DNA of 64,000 nt from an uncultured delta proteobacterium (GTDB lineage: Bacteria > Myxococcota_A > Polyangia > Polyangiales > Polyangiaceae), in assembly GCA_963806225.1 (NCBI GenBank), contig CAWDXG010000001.1:256001-320000 (forward strand), given 5' to 3'. Positions 55,781-64,000 of the stretch are shown one piece after another. The notes under the pieces are model-generated. The model did not search any database. It was not told the DNA's origin and saw only the letters and a list, made by a program, of their open reading frames with translations. The first letter of the stretch is position 1; each line of letters starts with the position of its first letter. Both the position numbers and the translations under genes were made by a program.

Positions 55781-56998
55781 ATGGGACCTAGATCCAGGTG
55801 GCCTGCGGGGCTTGCGCTGTTCGGGGCGGTGTTGGGGCTGGTCTTCGCGTCCTATTCGACGCTGGACTACGCCGCGCACCTCGACCGACGGCTGCACAAC
55901 ATCCACTGTAGCTTCATTCCCGGCGCACCGCCGACCTCCGAGGCCGAGGCGTGCCGGGCGGCGATGTACAGCCCGTACTCCGCGCTGTTCAAGGGGCAGT
56001 ACTGGGGCGGGATCCCCATTTCGCTGTTCGCGCTGGGGGCGTTCTCGTTCCTGGCCGGCTTCGCCCTCTACCTGCTTCTTTCCGGCCCGCGTGCGCCGAA
56101 GAAGGCGGTGGTGTTCCAGGCGGTGGTGGGGACGACTCCGCTTCTGGTGTCGCTCCTGATGTTGGCCATCTCCGTCATCAAGCTGGGCGAGATCTGCAAG
56201 GTGTGCGCGGGGATCTACTTCTCGTCGGCCCTTCTCGCGACCGGTTCCCTGGTCGGTTTGATGACCCTCAAGGGGCGCGGAACGCAGGCGATGGATGCGC
56301 CGCCGCGACCCACGATCAACATCGTGTTCCCGGTGTTGTGGCTGGCGGCACTCGCCGTCATCTCGCTGATCCCCTCGTTCGTGTACGCCAGCACGATGCC
56401 CGATCAGCGGCCCTACCTGTCGACCTGCGGCAAGCTGAAGAAGGCCAGCGAGTCGCACAACGCGCTCATCAAGATGAGCACGCCGCAGTCGGTGCAGCCC
56501 ACCACGCTCTTCGAAGACCCGCTGTGTCCGACGTGCAAGGCGTTCCACGAGCGCCTGGTCTCCGAAGGCGTGTTCGACAAGCTCAGCGTGCAGCTGGCGC
56601 TGTTCCCGCTGGACACGGAGTGCAACTGGATGCTCGACAATTCGCTGCATCCCGGCGCGTGCACCGTGTCCAAAGCCGTGCTGTGCGGCGGCGATCAGGC
56701 GCGGCAGGTGCTCGAGTGGGCGTTCCACGACCAGGACTACCTCAAGCGGGCCGGCAAGGCCGGCGAGCCCACGCTGCGCGCAGTGATCAAGAAGCGCTGG
56801 GGGGACAAGATGCTCAAGTGCATCGACGCCAACAGCACCAAGGTGCGGCTGAACCAGAACCTGCATTACGCGGCGGACAACAACATTCCGGTATCGACCC
56901 CGCAGATGTACCTGGGACAGAGGCGCGTGTGTGACGAGGACACCGACCTCGGCTTGATGTACACCCTCCAACAGCTTGCCCCGCAGGTGTTCAAATGA
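55781..56998 (+). CDS. Vitamin K epoxide reductase (VKOR)-thioredoxin/DsbA fusion
   Basis: TM helices; loop Cys pair (HCSF, EACR); SPYS..F..GIP; CKVC active site; C-terminal FEDPLCPTC and STP cis-Pro loop. Confidence 0.88.
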   Translation: MGPRSRWPAGLALFGAVLGLVFASYSTLDYAAHLDRRLHNIHCSFIPGAPPTSEAEACRAAMYSPYSALFKGQYWGGIPISLFALGAFSFLAGFALYLLLSGPRAPKKAVVFQAVVGTTPLLVSLLMLAISVIKLGEICKVCAGIYFSSALLATGSLVGLMTLKGRGTQAMDAPPRPTINIVFPVLWLAALAVISLIPSFVYASTMPDQRPYLSTCGKLKKASESHNALIKMSTPQSVQPTTLFEDPLCPTCKAFHERLVSEGVFDKLSVQLALFPLDTECNWMLDNSLHPGACTVSKAVLCGGDQARQVLEWAFHDQDYLKRAGKAGEPTLRAVIKKRWGDKMLKCIDANSTKVRLNQNLHYAADNNIPVSTPQMYLGQRRVCDEDTDLGLMYTLQQLAPQVFK

Positions 56999-57846
56999 CA
57001 GAGCCCATGGGACCCCACGGCACGTTGCCCGGCGGAGTCGTTCCTGGCGGACAGCAGCAGGGAGGCGCGCCGCCCGCGGGAGGTCCGCCGCCGGGCGGCG
57101 TCGCGCCAGGCGTCCCGCCAGCGGGTAGTCCGCCGTCGAAGGCAGGCCTGCCGTCGTGGCTGGCGCCGCTCTCGGGCATGCTCGCCACCCTGGTCCTGCT
57201 CATCTCCATGGTCGTAATGGTGAGCACGACGGTTGGCAACGCCAAGGAACGGCTGGTGACGCCGCAAGCCGAGAAGCCGAAGGTCGCCATCGCCAACGAA
57301 GCCGAGGTCGGCTACTGCACGCCTCAGTTCAAGAAGGTGCTCGAGCGCGTGTTGCACTCCTGCGGCCTGGCGAGCGGCGGCGAGCGGCGCGGGTGCAAGC
57401 CCACGGACGTGAAGACCTTCGCTTCCATCAGCGACGAGGACTTCAACGCGCTGTTCACGCCGCTCAAGGAACGCGGAGCGGTGCTGATGTTCGATATCGG
57501 CAAGGACGAGCTCGACGACAACAGCAAGAAGCTGCTCGAGAAGAAGTGGTTCAATCGCAAGGGGGCGCGCTACTTCTTCGTGGTCGCGCGGGCCTCGAAG
57601 ACCGGCACCGTCGCCAAGAACCGCGCGCTGTCCCATCGCCGGGCGAACTCCGTGATGTTCTATCTGAAGAAGATCTCCAATGATCCGGAGATCGACAAGA
57701 AGGTCGGGCTGCTCTGGCTCGGCAACGAGTTCGCCCAGCTCTCCACGCAATACTGCTCGTGGCCCAATTCACGTCCGGAGAAGAAGTGCGACGACGACGC
57801 CATCAACCGCAGCGCATTCGTTTCCTGGGTGGACTGCCGGCTGTAG
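56995..57846 (+). CDS. Membrane-anchored protein with a Cys-rich OmpA-C-like domain
   Basis: Pro/Gly N-terminus, one TM helix, LMFDIGKDEL...ARASKTG....NRALSHRRANSV..YL...INR; six Cys; ATGA overlap with VKOR. Confidence 0.7.
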   Translation: MTEPMGPHGTLPGGVVPGGQQQGGAPPAGGPPPGGVAPGVPPAGSPPSKAGLPSWLAPLSGMLATLVLLISMVVMVSTTVGNAKERLVTPQAEKPKVAIANEAEVGYCTPQFKKVLERVLHSCGLASGGERRGCKPTDVKTFASISDEDFNALFTPLKERGAVLMFDIGKDELDDNSKKLLEKKWFNRKGARYFFVVARASKTGTVAKNRALSHRRANSVMFYLKKISNDPEIDKKVGLLWLGNEFAQLSTQYCSWPNSRPEKKCDDDAINRSAFVSWVDCRL

Positions 57847-58499
57847 CCGCGCTGACCGCAGCGCTGGCTTCCAGCGCCTGCAGCAAGAAGGACGACGCCC
57901 CGCTCGCGCCCAAGGCGCGCAGCCAGTCCGTGGTGGCGACCGGGCCAGCCGACACTGCGACGGCGCCGCCAGCGCAGGCCTCCGCTCCGGAAAAGCCCAA
58001 AGAGGTAAAGAAGCCGCGCAAGCTGTGTGTGGACGAGATCAAGAAGCCCGGGCGACCCTTCCCGACCGTGACGCCGGCGCGGGCGGCGGCGAAGGGCGTG
58101 GCCGAGCCGCCCGCGGCCATGCCCATTGGCAAGAGCGGCTGGACGTGGGTGAACCTGTGGGCGGCGTGGTGCGCGCCGTGCAAGCAGGAGATGCCCCTGC
58201 TTCTGTCCTGGCAGAAACAGCTCGGCGCGCACATGCAGGTGCTGTTCGTCAGTATGGATGACGACGAGCGGCAGCTGCACGGCTTCCTCGACGGGCAGCC
58301 CGAAAGCGGCATGCGTTCGACCTACTGGCTGCCGGACGGCAAGAAGCGCGAGGATTTCCTGAAGGACGCGCACATCGACGAGGACACCGCACTGCCGGTG
58401 CAGCTTCTGGTCGATCCGAAGGGCGAGGTGCGCTGTGTCGTGCACGGCGCCATCGAGGACAGCGATCTGGCGCAGGTCCGCAAGATCGTCGGCGGATAG
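57786..58499 (+). CDS. TlpA/ResA-like thiol-disulfide oxidoreductase lipoprotein
   Basis: SSAC lipobox; VNLWAAWCAPCKQEMP, VSMD, ALP..LVDPKG; start uncertain, overlaps the upstream gene. Confidence 0.88.
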   Translation: MRRRRHQPQRIRFLGGLPAVAALTAALASSACSKKDDAPLAPKARSQSVVATGPADTATAPPAQASAPEKPKEVKKPRKLCVDEIKKPGRPFPTVTPARAAAKGVAEPPAAMPIGKSGWTWVNLWAAWCAPCKQEMPLLLSWQKQLGAHMQVLFVSMDDDERQLHGFLDGQPESGMRSTYWLPDGKKREDFLKDAHIDEDTALPVQLLVDPKGEVRCVVHGAIEDSDLAQVRKIVGG

Positions 58500-58510
58500 C
58501 GGTCTCTGCC

Positions 58511-59674
58511 ATGGATCCGGAGCTGCCGACGATCCAGCTGCCGGGCTTTCTCAAGCGTGCGCTCGCGGCGGGCCACCCGTGGGTGTATCGCGATCACGTG
58601 CCGCGCGGGCTGTCCCTGTCATCGGGCAGCTGGGTCAGGGTGCAGGCCGGCAACTTCGCTGGCTACGCCCTGTGGGACGAGCGATCGCCGATCGCGCTCC
58701 GCGTGCTGTCGGCAGAGCGGCTGCCGGACGCGCTCTGGACGCTCGAACGCGTGCAGCGGGCGTGGGAATTGCGGGAGTTGGTGCGCTCCGGGGACACGAC
58801 CGCTCTGCGCTGGCTCAACGGCGAAGGCGACGGCCTGCCGGGTATCACGGTGGACCTGTACGGTGGTTTCGCCGTGGTCGTGAGCTATGTCGACGCGGTC
58901 GAGCCACTCTTGCCGTGGGTGGTCGACGCGCTCGCCCAGACCACGAAGCTGGCGGGCGTCGTGCGCCGCCGCAAGGGCGAGGAGCTGGAGCTCCTGTCCG
59001 GACGCAAGCCGCCGCGCGAGCTCATCGTGAGCGAGCACGGGCTCCGCTTTGCGGTCGATCTGTACGCCGGGCAGAAGACCGGACTGTTCCTCGACCACCG
59101 CGACAACCGCCGAACGGTTGGACAGCTCTCCGCAGGGCGGCGCGTGCTCAATCTGTTCTCGTACTCGGGAGGCTTCTCGGTGCACGCGGCGGCAGCGGGT
59201 GCGACAGCGGTGACCAGTGTGGACAGCGCGCCGGCGGCCATGGCGGACGCGACGCGCAATCTCGAGCTGAACGGTCTCGACCCCGACAGCCACGAGCCGG
59301 TGGTATCGGACGCCTTCGAGTTCCTCGAGCGCGCGGTGAGCCAGGCGCGGCGCTTCGATCTGGTCGTGTGCGATCCGCCGAGCTTCGCCCGTGAACGGAG
59401 CCAGCTCGATGCCGCGCTCAAGGCCTATACGCGCGTGAACATGCTGGGCCTCAGGGTGACGGAGCCGGGCGGGCTGTACGCGGCGGCGAGCTGCACCGCG
59501 CAAGTCTCTCCGCAGGCCTTCCGCGAGACCCTGGCGGAGTCGGCGAGGCGTGCCAAGCGCCGGCTGCAGATCGTTCACGAAGCCGGGCAGGCGCCCGATC
59601 ATCCGGTCATGGCCGGACATCTCGAAGGACGGTATCTGAAGTTCGTCGTGGGACGGGCTTTGCCCATCGCGTAG
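58511..59674 (+). CDS. rlmI: RlmI-like SAM-dependent rRNA methyltransferase
   Basis: GHPWVY PUA motif, GEGDGLPG, GQKTGLFLDHR, VLNLFSYSGGF, DPPSFA, ASC, DHP, YLK. Confidence 0.85.
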   Translation: MDPELPTIQLPGFLKRALAAGHPWVYRDHVPRGLSLSSGSWVRVQAGNFAGYALWDERSPIALRVLSAERLPDALWTLERVQRAWELRELVRSGDTTALRWLNGEGDGLPGITVDLYGGFAVVVSYVDAVEPLLPWVVDALAQTTKLAGVVRRRKGEELELLSGRKPPRELIVSEHGLRFAVDLYAGQKTGLFLDHRDNRRTVGQLSAGRRVLNLFSYSGGFSVHAAAAGATAVTSVDSAPAAMADATRNLELNGLDPDSHEPVVSDAFEFLERAVSQARRFDLVVCDPPSFARERSQLDAALKAYTRVNMLGLRVTEPGGLYAAASCTAQVSPQAFRETLAESARRAKRRLQIVHEAGQAPDHPVMAGHLEGRYLKFVVGRALPIA

Positions 59675-59736
59675 GCGATGTCGATGTTGTGCCTCCGGTC
59701 GCGCCGCGCGATGCTGGCGGCGACGGGAGGTAGGGC

Positions 59737-60369
59737 ATGACGCTTCGATTGGTGGTTTTCCACGGTTCCGTTCGCAGCCATCGCCAGGGTATTCGAGCCG
59801 CGCGCTTCATCGCGGCGCAATGCCGGGCGCGTGGGCACGACGTGGCGCTCATGGACCCACTCGACTACCCGCTGCCGCTGCTCGATCGCATGTACAAGGA
59901 ACATGCGAAAGGCGAAGCACCGGACATGCTGGAGAAGCTGGCGCGCCTTGTCCGCGTCGCCGATGCGTACATCGTCGTGACGGCCGAGTACAATCATCTG
60001 CCTCCGCCCGCACTGGTGAACATCCTGGATCATTTCCTCGAGGAGTACTTCTGGAAGCCCTCGGGGATCGTGTCCTACTCCGCGGGGTCGTTCGGCGGCG
60101 TGAGGGCCGCTGTCGCGCTTCGCGAGATGTTGGCGGAGCTCGGCATGTCGTCGATTCCGTCGACGCTGCCGGTGCCCCGTGTGAAGAGCGCCTTCGACGA
60201 AGACGGCACGCCTATCGACGCGGCGGCCTGGGAGAAGCGTGCAGGGAAGTTCCTCGACGAATTCGAGTGGTACGCCACCGCACTTCGCGACGCGCGGGTC
60301 CGCGACGGAAAAGACATGTGCCCCGGTCGTGGGTTCTGCGAAGCGCTGGAGGCATTGGGCGGCGCGTGA
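59737..60369 (+). CDS. NADPH-dependent FMN reductase
   Basis: GSVR, LPLLD, ADAYIVVTAEYNH, KPSGIVSYS, GGVRA. Confidence 0.9.
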   Translation: MTLRLVVFHGSVRSHRQGIRAARFIAAQCRARGHDVALMDPLDYPLPLLDRMYKEHAKGEAPDMLEKLARLVRVADAYIVVTAEYNHLPPPALVNILDHFLEEYFWKPSGIVSYSAGSFGGVRAAVALREMLAELGMSSIPSTLPVPRVKSAFDEDGTPIDAAAWEKRAGKFLDEFEWYATALRDARVRDGKDMCPGRGFCEALEALGGA

Positions 60370-60462
60370 AGCCGTCATGGCGGAAACATCCGCATCTGGC
60401 GGAAATGAACCGGAAATTGCTGTCACCAGACGGACCGCAAGCCGTGATACCCTGATCGGGTC

Positions 60463-61437
60463 ATGGCAACCTGCCGCTTACGCGTCCTGTTGGCGATCAC
60501 GCTGGGTTCGCTGGTCGCTGCTGCAGCCGGTTGCAGTGCGGCGTCGGGTCCGCCCAGCGAGCGGGGCTACTCCTCGTCGACTCCGGGCTGCAGCGAGGGT
60601 GATTGCAGCGCCTGCTCGACGTGCGTCGACTCGTGCGCGTGCACGACCCACGGCGACCCGAAGTGCTCGCAGGCCTGTAGCCAGGGCAAGGGCACTGGTG
60701 CGGGAGGCAGCGGTTCGATCGGGCAGGGCGGTAGCGGCACCGCGGGCTCGCCGGGCGCGGGCGGTTCGAGTGGCAGCTCGGGCGGCAGCGGCAGCGGCGG
60801 CAGCGGCAGCGGCGGCAGCGGCTACGGTGGGAGCGGCTACGGTGGCAGCGGCAGCGGCAGCGGCTACGGCGGCAGCGGCAGCGGCAGCGGCTACGGCGGC
60901 AGCGGCAGCGGCGGCAGTGGCGGGTCAGGTGCTGGCGGTTCGGGAGGTTCCGGATCCACCAGTGTCCAGCAGGCGGCGATCGATCGCGCGAAGGCGGGAG
61001 TCGGCTTCTCGTACTGGTGGGGTCATGGGCGCTTCCTGCCGCAGGGGCCGACGTCGAGCATCGCCGGCTCGTGCACCGGCAACTGCCCGAGCTGCACGCA
61101 CAGCGGCAGCTATGGCGGTGACTGTTCGGGATTCGCGGCGAAGGTCTGGCAGGTTCCGTCGACCAACACCGACATGAGCGTCGACTCGCATCCGTACAGC
61201 ACGCTCGATTTCAGCCAGGACACCAGCCAGTGGTCGACCGTGTCACGCGGCTCGATGCAGCAGGCCGACGCGATGGTGCATCGGCAGAACGGTGCCGGAC
61301 ACATCTTCATCTACGATCACGGCGACGGCTGGGGATCGATGTACGCCTACGAGTGCAAGGGCTGCTCGTACGGCTGCACGTCGGGGATGCGTACGGCTTC
61401 GAGCGCCTATCACCCGATACGCCGTACGGGGTACTAG
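60463..61437 (+). CDS. Lipoprotein with Cys-rich N-domain, Gly/Ser/Tyr linker and NlpC/P60-like catalytic domain
   Basis: AAGC lipobox; AIDRAKAGVGFSYWWG, GDCSGF...VW, GHIFIY and YE, giving a Cys-His-Glu triad layout. Confidence 0.75.
   Translation: MATCRLRVLLAITLGSLVAAAAGCSAASGPPSERGYSSSTPGCSEGDCSACSTCVDSCACTTHGDPKCSQACSQGKGTGAGGSGSIGQGGSGTAGSPGAGGSSGSSGGSGSGGSGSGGSGYGGSGYGGSGSGSGYGGSGSGSGYGGSGSGGSGGSGAGGSGGSGSTSVQQAAIDRAKAGVGFSYWWGHGRFLPQGPTSSIAGSCTGNCPSCTHSGSYGGDCSGFAAKVWQVPSTNTDMSVDSHPYSTLDFSQDTSQWSTVSRGSMQQADAMVHRQNGAGHIFIYDHGDGWGSMYAYECKGCSYGCTSGMRTASSAYHPIRRTGY
60781..60920 (+). repeat. GGCAGC/GGCTAC-rich tandem repeats encoding a GSGSGG/GYGG linker
   Basis: Directly visible low-complexity repeats. 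Confidence 0.85.
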
Positions 61438-61440
61438 CGG

Positions 61441-62544
61441 GTGACATCGGACGACCGCGCACGCCGGCCGGCGCTGCTCGGTGCGCTGGCGCTTCTCGTG
61501 CTGGCGTTGATCCTGGTGTACCGCGCCAGGAAACCGTCGTCGCACTCCTCACCGCCACCCTCGGCGAGCGTTGCCCGGAGGCGGCCAGCGCATCGCGTGC
61601 TGCCGCCGCCGGCAGCGTTGCCGGCCGCGTCCAGCGCGCCCGCGCGCATTCCCGCCGCGTCCGCGCCAGCCCGGCGTGCGGGGGCGAAGTTCTTCGCCGC
61701 GTGGGGGTCCGGACCGGACCAGCTCGGTCACACGCGCCCCCAGGAGGGAGACCCGATGGGGCCGATGAGCCTGGCGGTCGACGCGCAGGGGCGCACCTAC
61801 ATCCTCGACGAGATCAACGGCCGGATTGTCCGGCGCGACGCCGACGGAAAGCCCGAAGCGACCATCCCGCTGCACCAGCAGACGCCCGACGATATCGCGA
61901 TCGCGTCTGACGGCTCGATTGCGGTGCTCGATCGCACCGCCGGCAAGGAAGTGGCGCTCTACGATTCCTCTGGTGCGCTGCAGGGCAGCCTGCCGCTGGT
62001 CGGCAGCGGTCTCACGGATCCGGGGGAGGTCACGAGCATCATCACGGACGGCAACGACGTGTACGCCGAGCTGGAGCACGACAAGCTGGTCAAGCTCGGC
62101 GACACGAGCGGTACCGCCGCCAGTTCCCGCACCACGCTCTCCGGTCGCCCCAGCCGCGACGGAAAATCGCTGCTGTCGGCCGTGATCGCCGACGCGAACG
62201 CCGGTCGCGTACGCGTCACGAGCATCGTGCGTGCGAGCGGCGCCGTACGCTTCGCTCGCGACATCGCGCTGGTCCCGATTATCCACCAGATCCTGCTGCT
62301 CGACACGGATCTCTCGGGCACCATCTACTTCGCCGTGGAGTTCCAGCGCCCAGGCGCGGCGGCCAAGGTGACGCTCTCGTGTCTCGATGCCGAGACGGGC
62401 GCGGTCATCGGCGGCGCGCTCCTGCCGGCGAACACGATGCCCGAGGAGAGCTTCCGTGACTTTGCCGTGCTCGACGACGGCGGCGTCATCTACGCCCTGC
62501 GCTCCAACGCCGGGGTGACGTACCAGCGCTACTACTGCGGCTGA
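61441..62544 (+). CDS. Membrane-anchored NHL-like beta-propeller protein
   Basis: N-terminal TM helix, Pro-rich linker, WGSGPDQLG, GPMSLAVDAQGRTYILD, DDIAIASDGSIAVLD, DFAVLDDGGVIY. Confidence 0.72.
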   Translation: MTSDDRARRPALLGALALLVLALILVYRARKPSSHSSPPPSASVARRRPAHRVLPPPAALPAASSAPARIPAASAPARRAGAKFFAAWGSGPDQLGHTRPQEGDPMGPMSLAVDAQGRTYILDEINGRIVRRDADGKPEATIPLHQQTPDDIAIASDGSIAVLDRTAGKEVALYDSSGALQGSLPLVGSGLTDPGEVTSIITDGNDVYAELEHDKLVKLGDTSGTAASSRTTLSGRPSRDGKSLLSAVIADANAGRVRVTSIVRASGAVRFARDIALVPIIHQILLLDTDLSGTIYFAVEFQRPGAAAKVTLSCLDAETGAVIGGALLPANTMPEESFRDFAVLDDGGVIYALRSNAGVTYQRYYCG

Positions 62545-63995
62545 CGCCCCAGTTCCCACTTCAAGCCGCCCGCGCTTCCCGAAACTGCCAGGCGCCGCCC
62601 GTGCACCCCCTCCAGGTGACACCAGGTGCACAGAGCGATCACGTTGTCGTCCTCGTCGCTGCCCCCCTGTGACCGGAACTGCACGTGGTGCGGCGTTACA
62701 TCATGCCGCGAGCACACGGGACTCGAGCACGTGTAGCGGTCGCGCGCGTAGATGTGGGCGTATTTCTCGCTGCGCACGGTGAGGTGCCGCCACGCTTTCC
62801 AGAACTGGTCGCACAGGAAGCGCACGAAGCTCGTGCAGCGCGACAGGTGCTTGTGCATCACGCCGGCGAGGGCCCGCCAGAAGCGCGCCGTGTCCCGCGC
62901 CACCCGCAGATCCACCCGCACGCTTGCCGGGCCCGCGCCCAGCGCGGCGGACATCTGGCCTTGTGCTTCGAGCACTGCGTCGCGGTCGCCGGAGAGCACG
63001 TGCGACTCGAGCTCCCGGATCTCCCGCAGCGTCTCTTCCGGCGGCGGCACTGCCCGCCCCCCGACGCCGCGCGAGAGCTCGGCGGCGCGCACGTCTTCTT
63101 CAAGGTGCTTCACCGTGCGCGCCCGCGCTCGCTCGATCCAGGCGCCGGCCGTCTCCGCGGTCGCGACCCGCGAGATCAACAGCGCCGCTTCGTACCCGAT
63201 CTCGCCCGCACCCAGTGCGCCTCGCACCCGCGGGCACCAGCGCCGTGCCAGCGCGATCTTCGCCTTGAAGCTCGACGGCGAAATCCCGAGGCGCTCGCGG
63301 ACGTATTGCGACTCGGTGGCGTAGCCGAGCCGACGCCAGCCTTCGGCTTCATGGAATGCCCGCGCGGCCCGGCCCAGCTCCACCTCGCGCTGGGAAAGCT
63401 CCCGCGAAAGCTGGCCGATCCGCGCATCCAGCGCCCGCAGGCTCCGGGGCAGCTCGAAGACCACCGCCGCCTGTTTCCCGCCGGGACCCCGCGCATGGAA
63501 GTTCTCCTCGCAGCGCTCCTCCGATTCCTCGCGCCAGGCGTCGAGCTGTTGCCTCCACCTGGCAACTGCATCTGCTTCGCGCTCGCTCTGTTCGAATGCC
63601 TCCAGATCGTTTGCGGGCAGGACATGGGAGAGCGAGCTGTAGCTCTCCGAAAGCAGCGCATGCACGAAGCCCTCTGTCGTGCGCTCTCCGAAAGCGTGCT
63701 CGGCGAAGCGCCGCGTCCACTGCCACAGCCACGCATCCGCCGCGCCCAGCGTCATGCCGAGCGTTACCATGTCGAGATCCGCTCGTTGAACGCGCTCGCT
63801 CGAGGGCTTGTCCACCTCGCTCGAGTCGGGCTTTGTGACCAGCAGCGCCCGCATCTCGCGTACCGTCGAGCGCAACGCCAGCTCCGTCAGCGCCGTGTCC
63901 GTCTTCGCGGTTGCATGGCGCGCGACGAGCTCCGCCATGCACCATCCCACCGCGCCGCCGGCGAGCGCGGCGCGGAGCTGCGGTAGCTTCGCCAC
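62532..63995 (-). CDS. HNH endonuclease with long helical N-terminal region (DUF222-like), probably 5'-truncated by the window edge
   Basis: RDRYTCSSPVC...HHVQFRSQGGSD...NVIALCTWCH...H; duplicated WRRLGY...YVRERLG / GEIGYEAALLISRVAT-type modules. Confidence 0.85.
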   Translation of the reverse strand: MAKLPQLRAALAGGAVGWCMAELVARHATAKTDTALTELALRSTVREMRALLVTKPDSSEVDKPSSERVQRADLDMVTLGMTLGAADAWLWQWTRRFAEHAFGERTTEGFVHALLSESYSSLSHVLPANDLEAFEQSEREADAVARWRQQLDAWREESEERCEENFHARGPGGKQAAVVFELPRSLRALDARIGQLSRELSQREVELGRAARAFHEAEGWRRLGYATESQYVRERLGISPSSFKAKIALARRWCPRVRGALGAGEIGYEAALLISRVATAETAGAWIERARARTVKHLEEDVRAAELSRGVGGRAVPPPEETLREIRELESHVLSGDRDAVLEAQGQMSAALGAGPASVRVDLRVARDTARFWRALAGVMHKHLSRCTSFVRFLCDQFWKAWRHLTVRSEKYAHIYARDRYTCSSPVCSRHDVTPHHVQFRSQGGSDEDDNVIALCTWCHLEGVHGRRLAVSGSAGGLKWELGRQPQ

Positions 63996-64000
63996 ACGCT

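Overview
High-GC bacterial chromosomal segment, most consistent with a myxobacterium of the Polyangiaceae/Sorangiineae type (MYXO-CTERM-like tails, Gly-rich lipoproteins, Glt/Nfs-like TPR proteins); the taxonomy is inferred. From left to right it carries: two molybdenum storage protein (MoSto)-like genes with modC; four Gly-linker lipoproteins (a di-haem cytochrome c peroxidase/MauG-family enzyme, two fibronectin-III repeat proteins each ending in a c-type cytochrome domain, and a beta-rich unknown); a ClpA/C-type ATPase; two tandem MYXO-CTERM surface proteins; a pseudo-receiver/DUF4388/degenerate J-domain protein; a small TatA-like ORF missing from the ORF track; folK; a partial ATP synthase operon (b', b, delta, alpha, gamma, with no beta, epsilon, a or c); glmS; a decayed MNT-HEPN toxin-antitoxin pair; metabolic and envelope genes; a GltC/D/E-like TPR operon with a nearby outer-membrane beta-barrel; a lipase maturation factor; a YihQ-like GH31; a VKOR-DsbA/OmpA-like/TlpA thiol-disulfide operon; an RlmI-like methyltransferase; an NlpC/P60-like lipoprotein with a beta-propeller neighbour; and a truncated HNH nuclease. 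Many frameshifts between about 6.3 and 27 kb, including in essential genes, look like sequencing indels. No tRNA, rRNA or CRISPR array was recognised. Two non-coding inverted-repeat structures stand out (about 40.3 kb and 52.8 kb). All family assignments come from motif recognition by eye, not from database searches.
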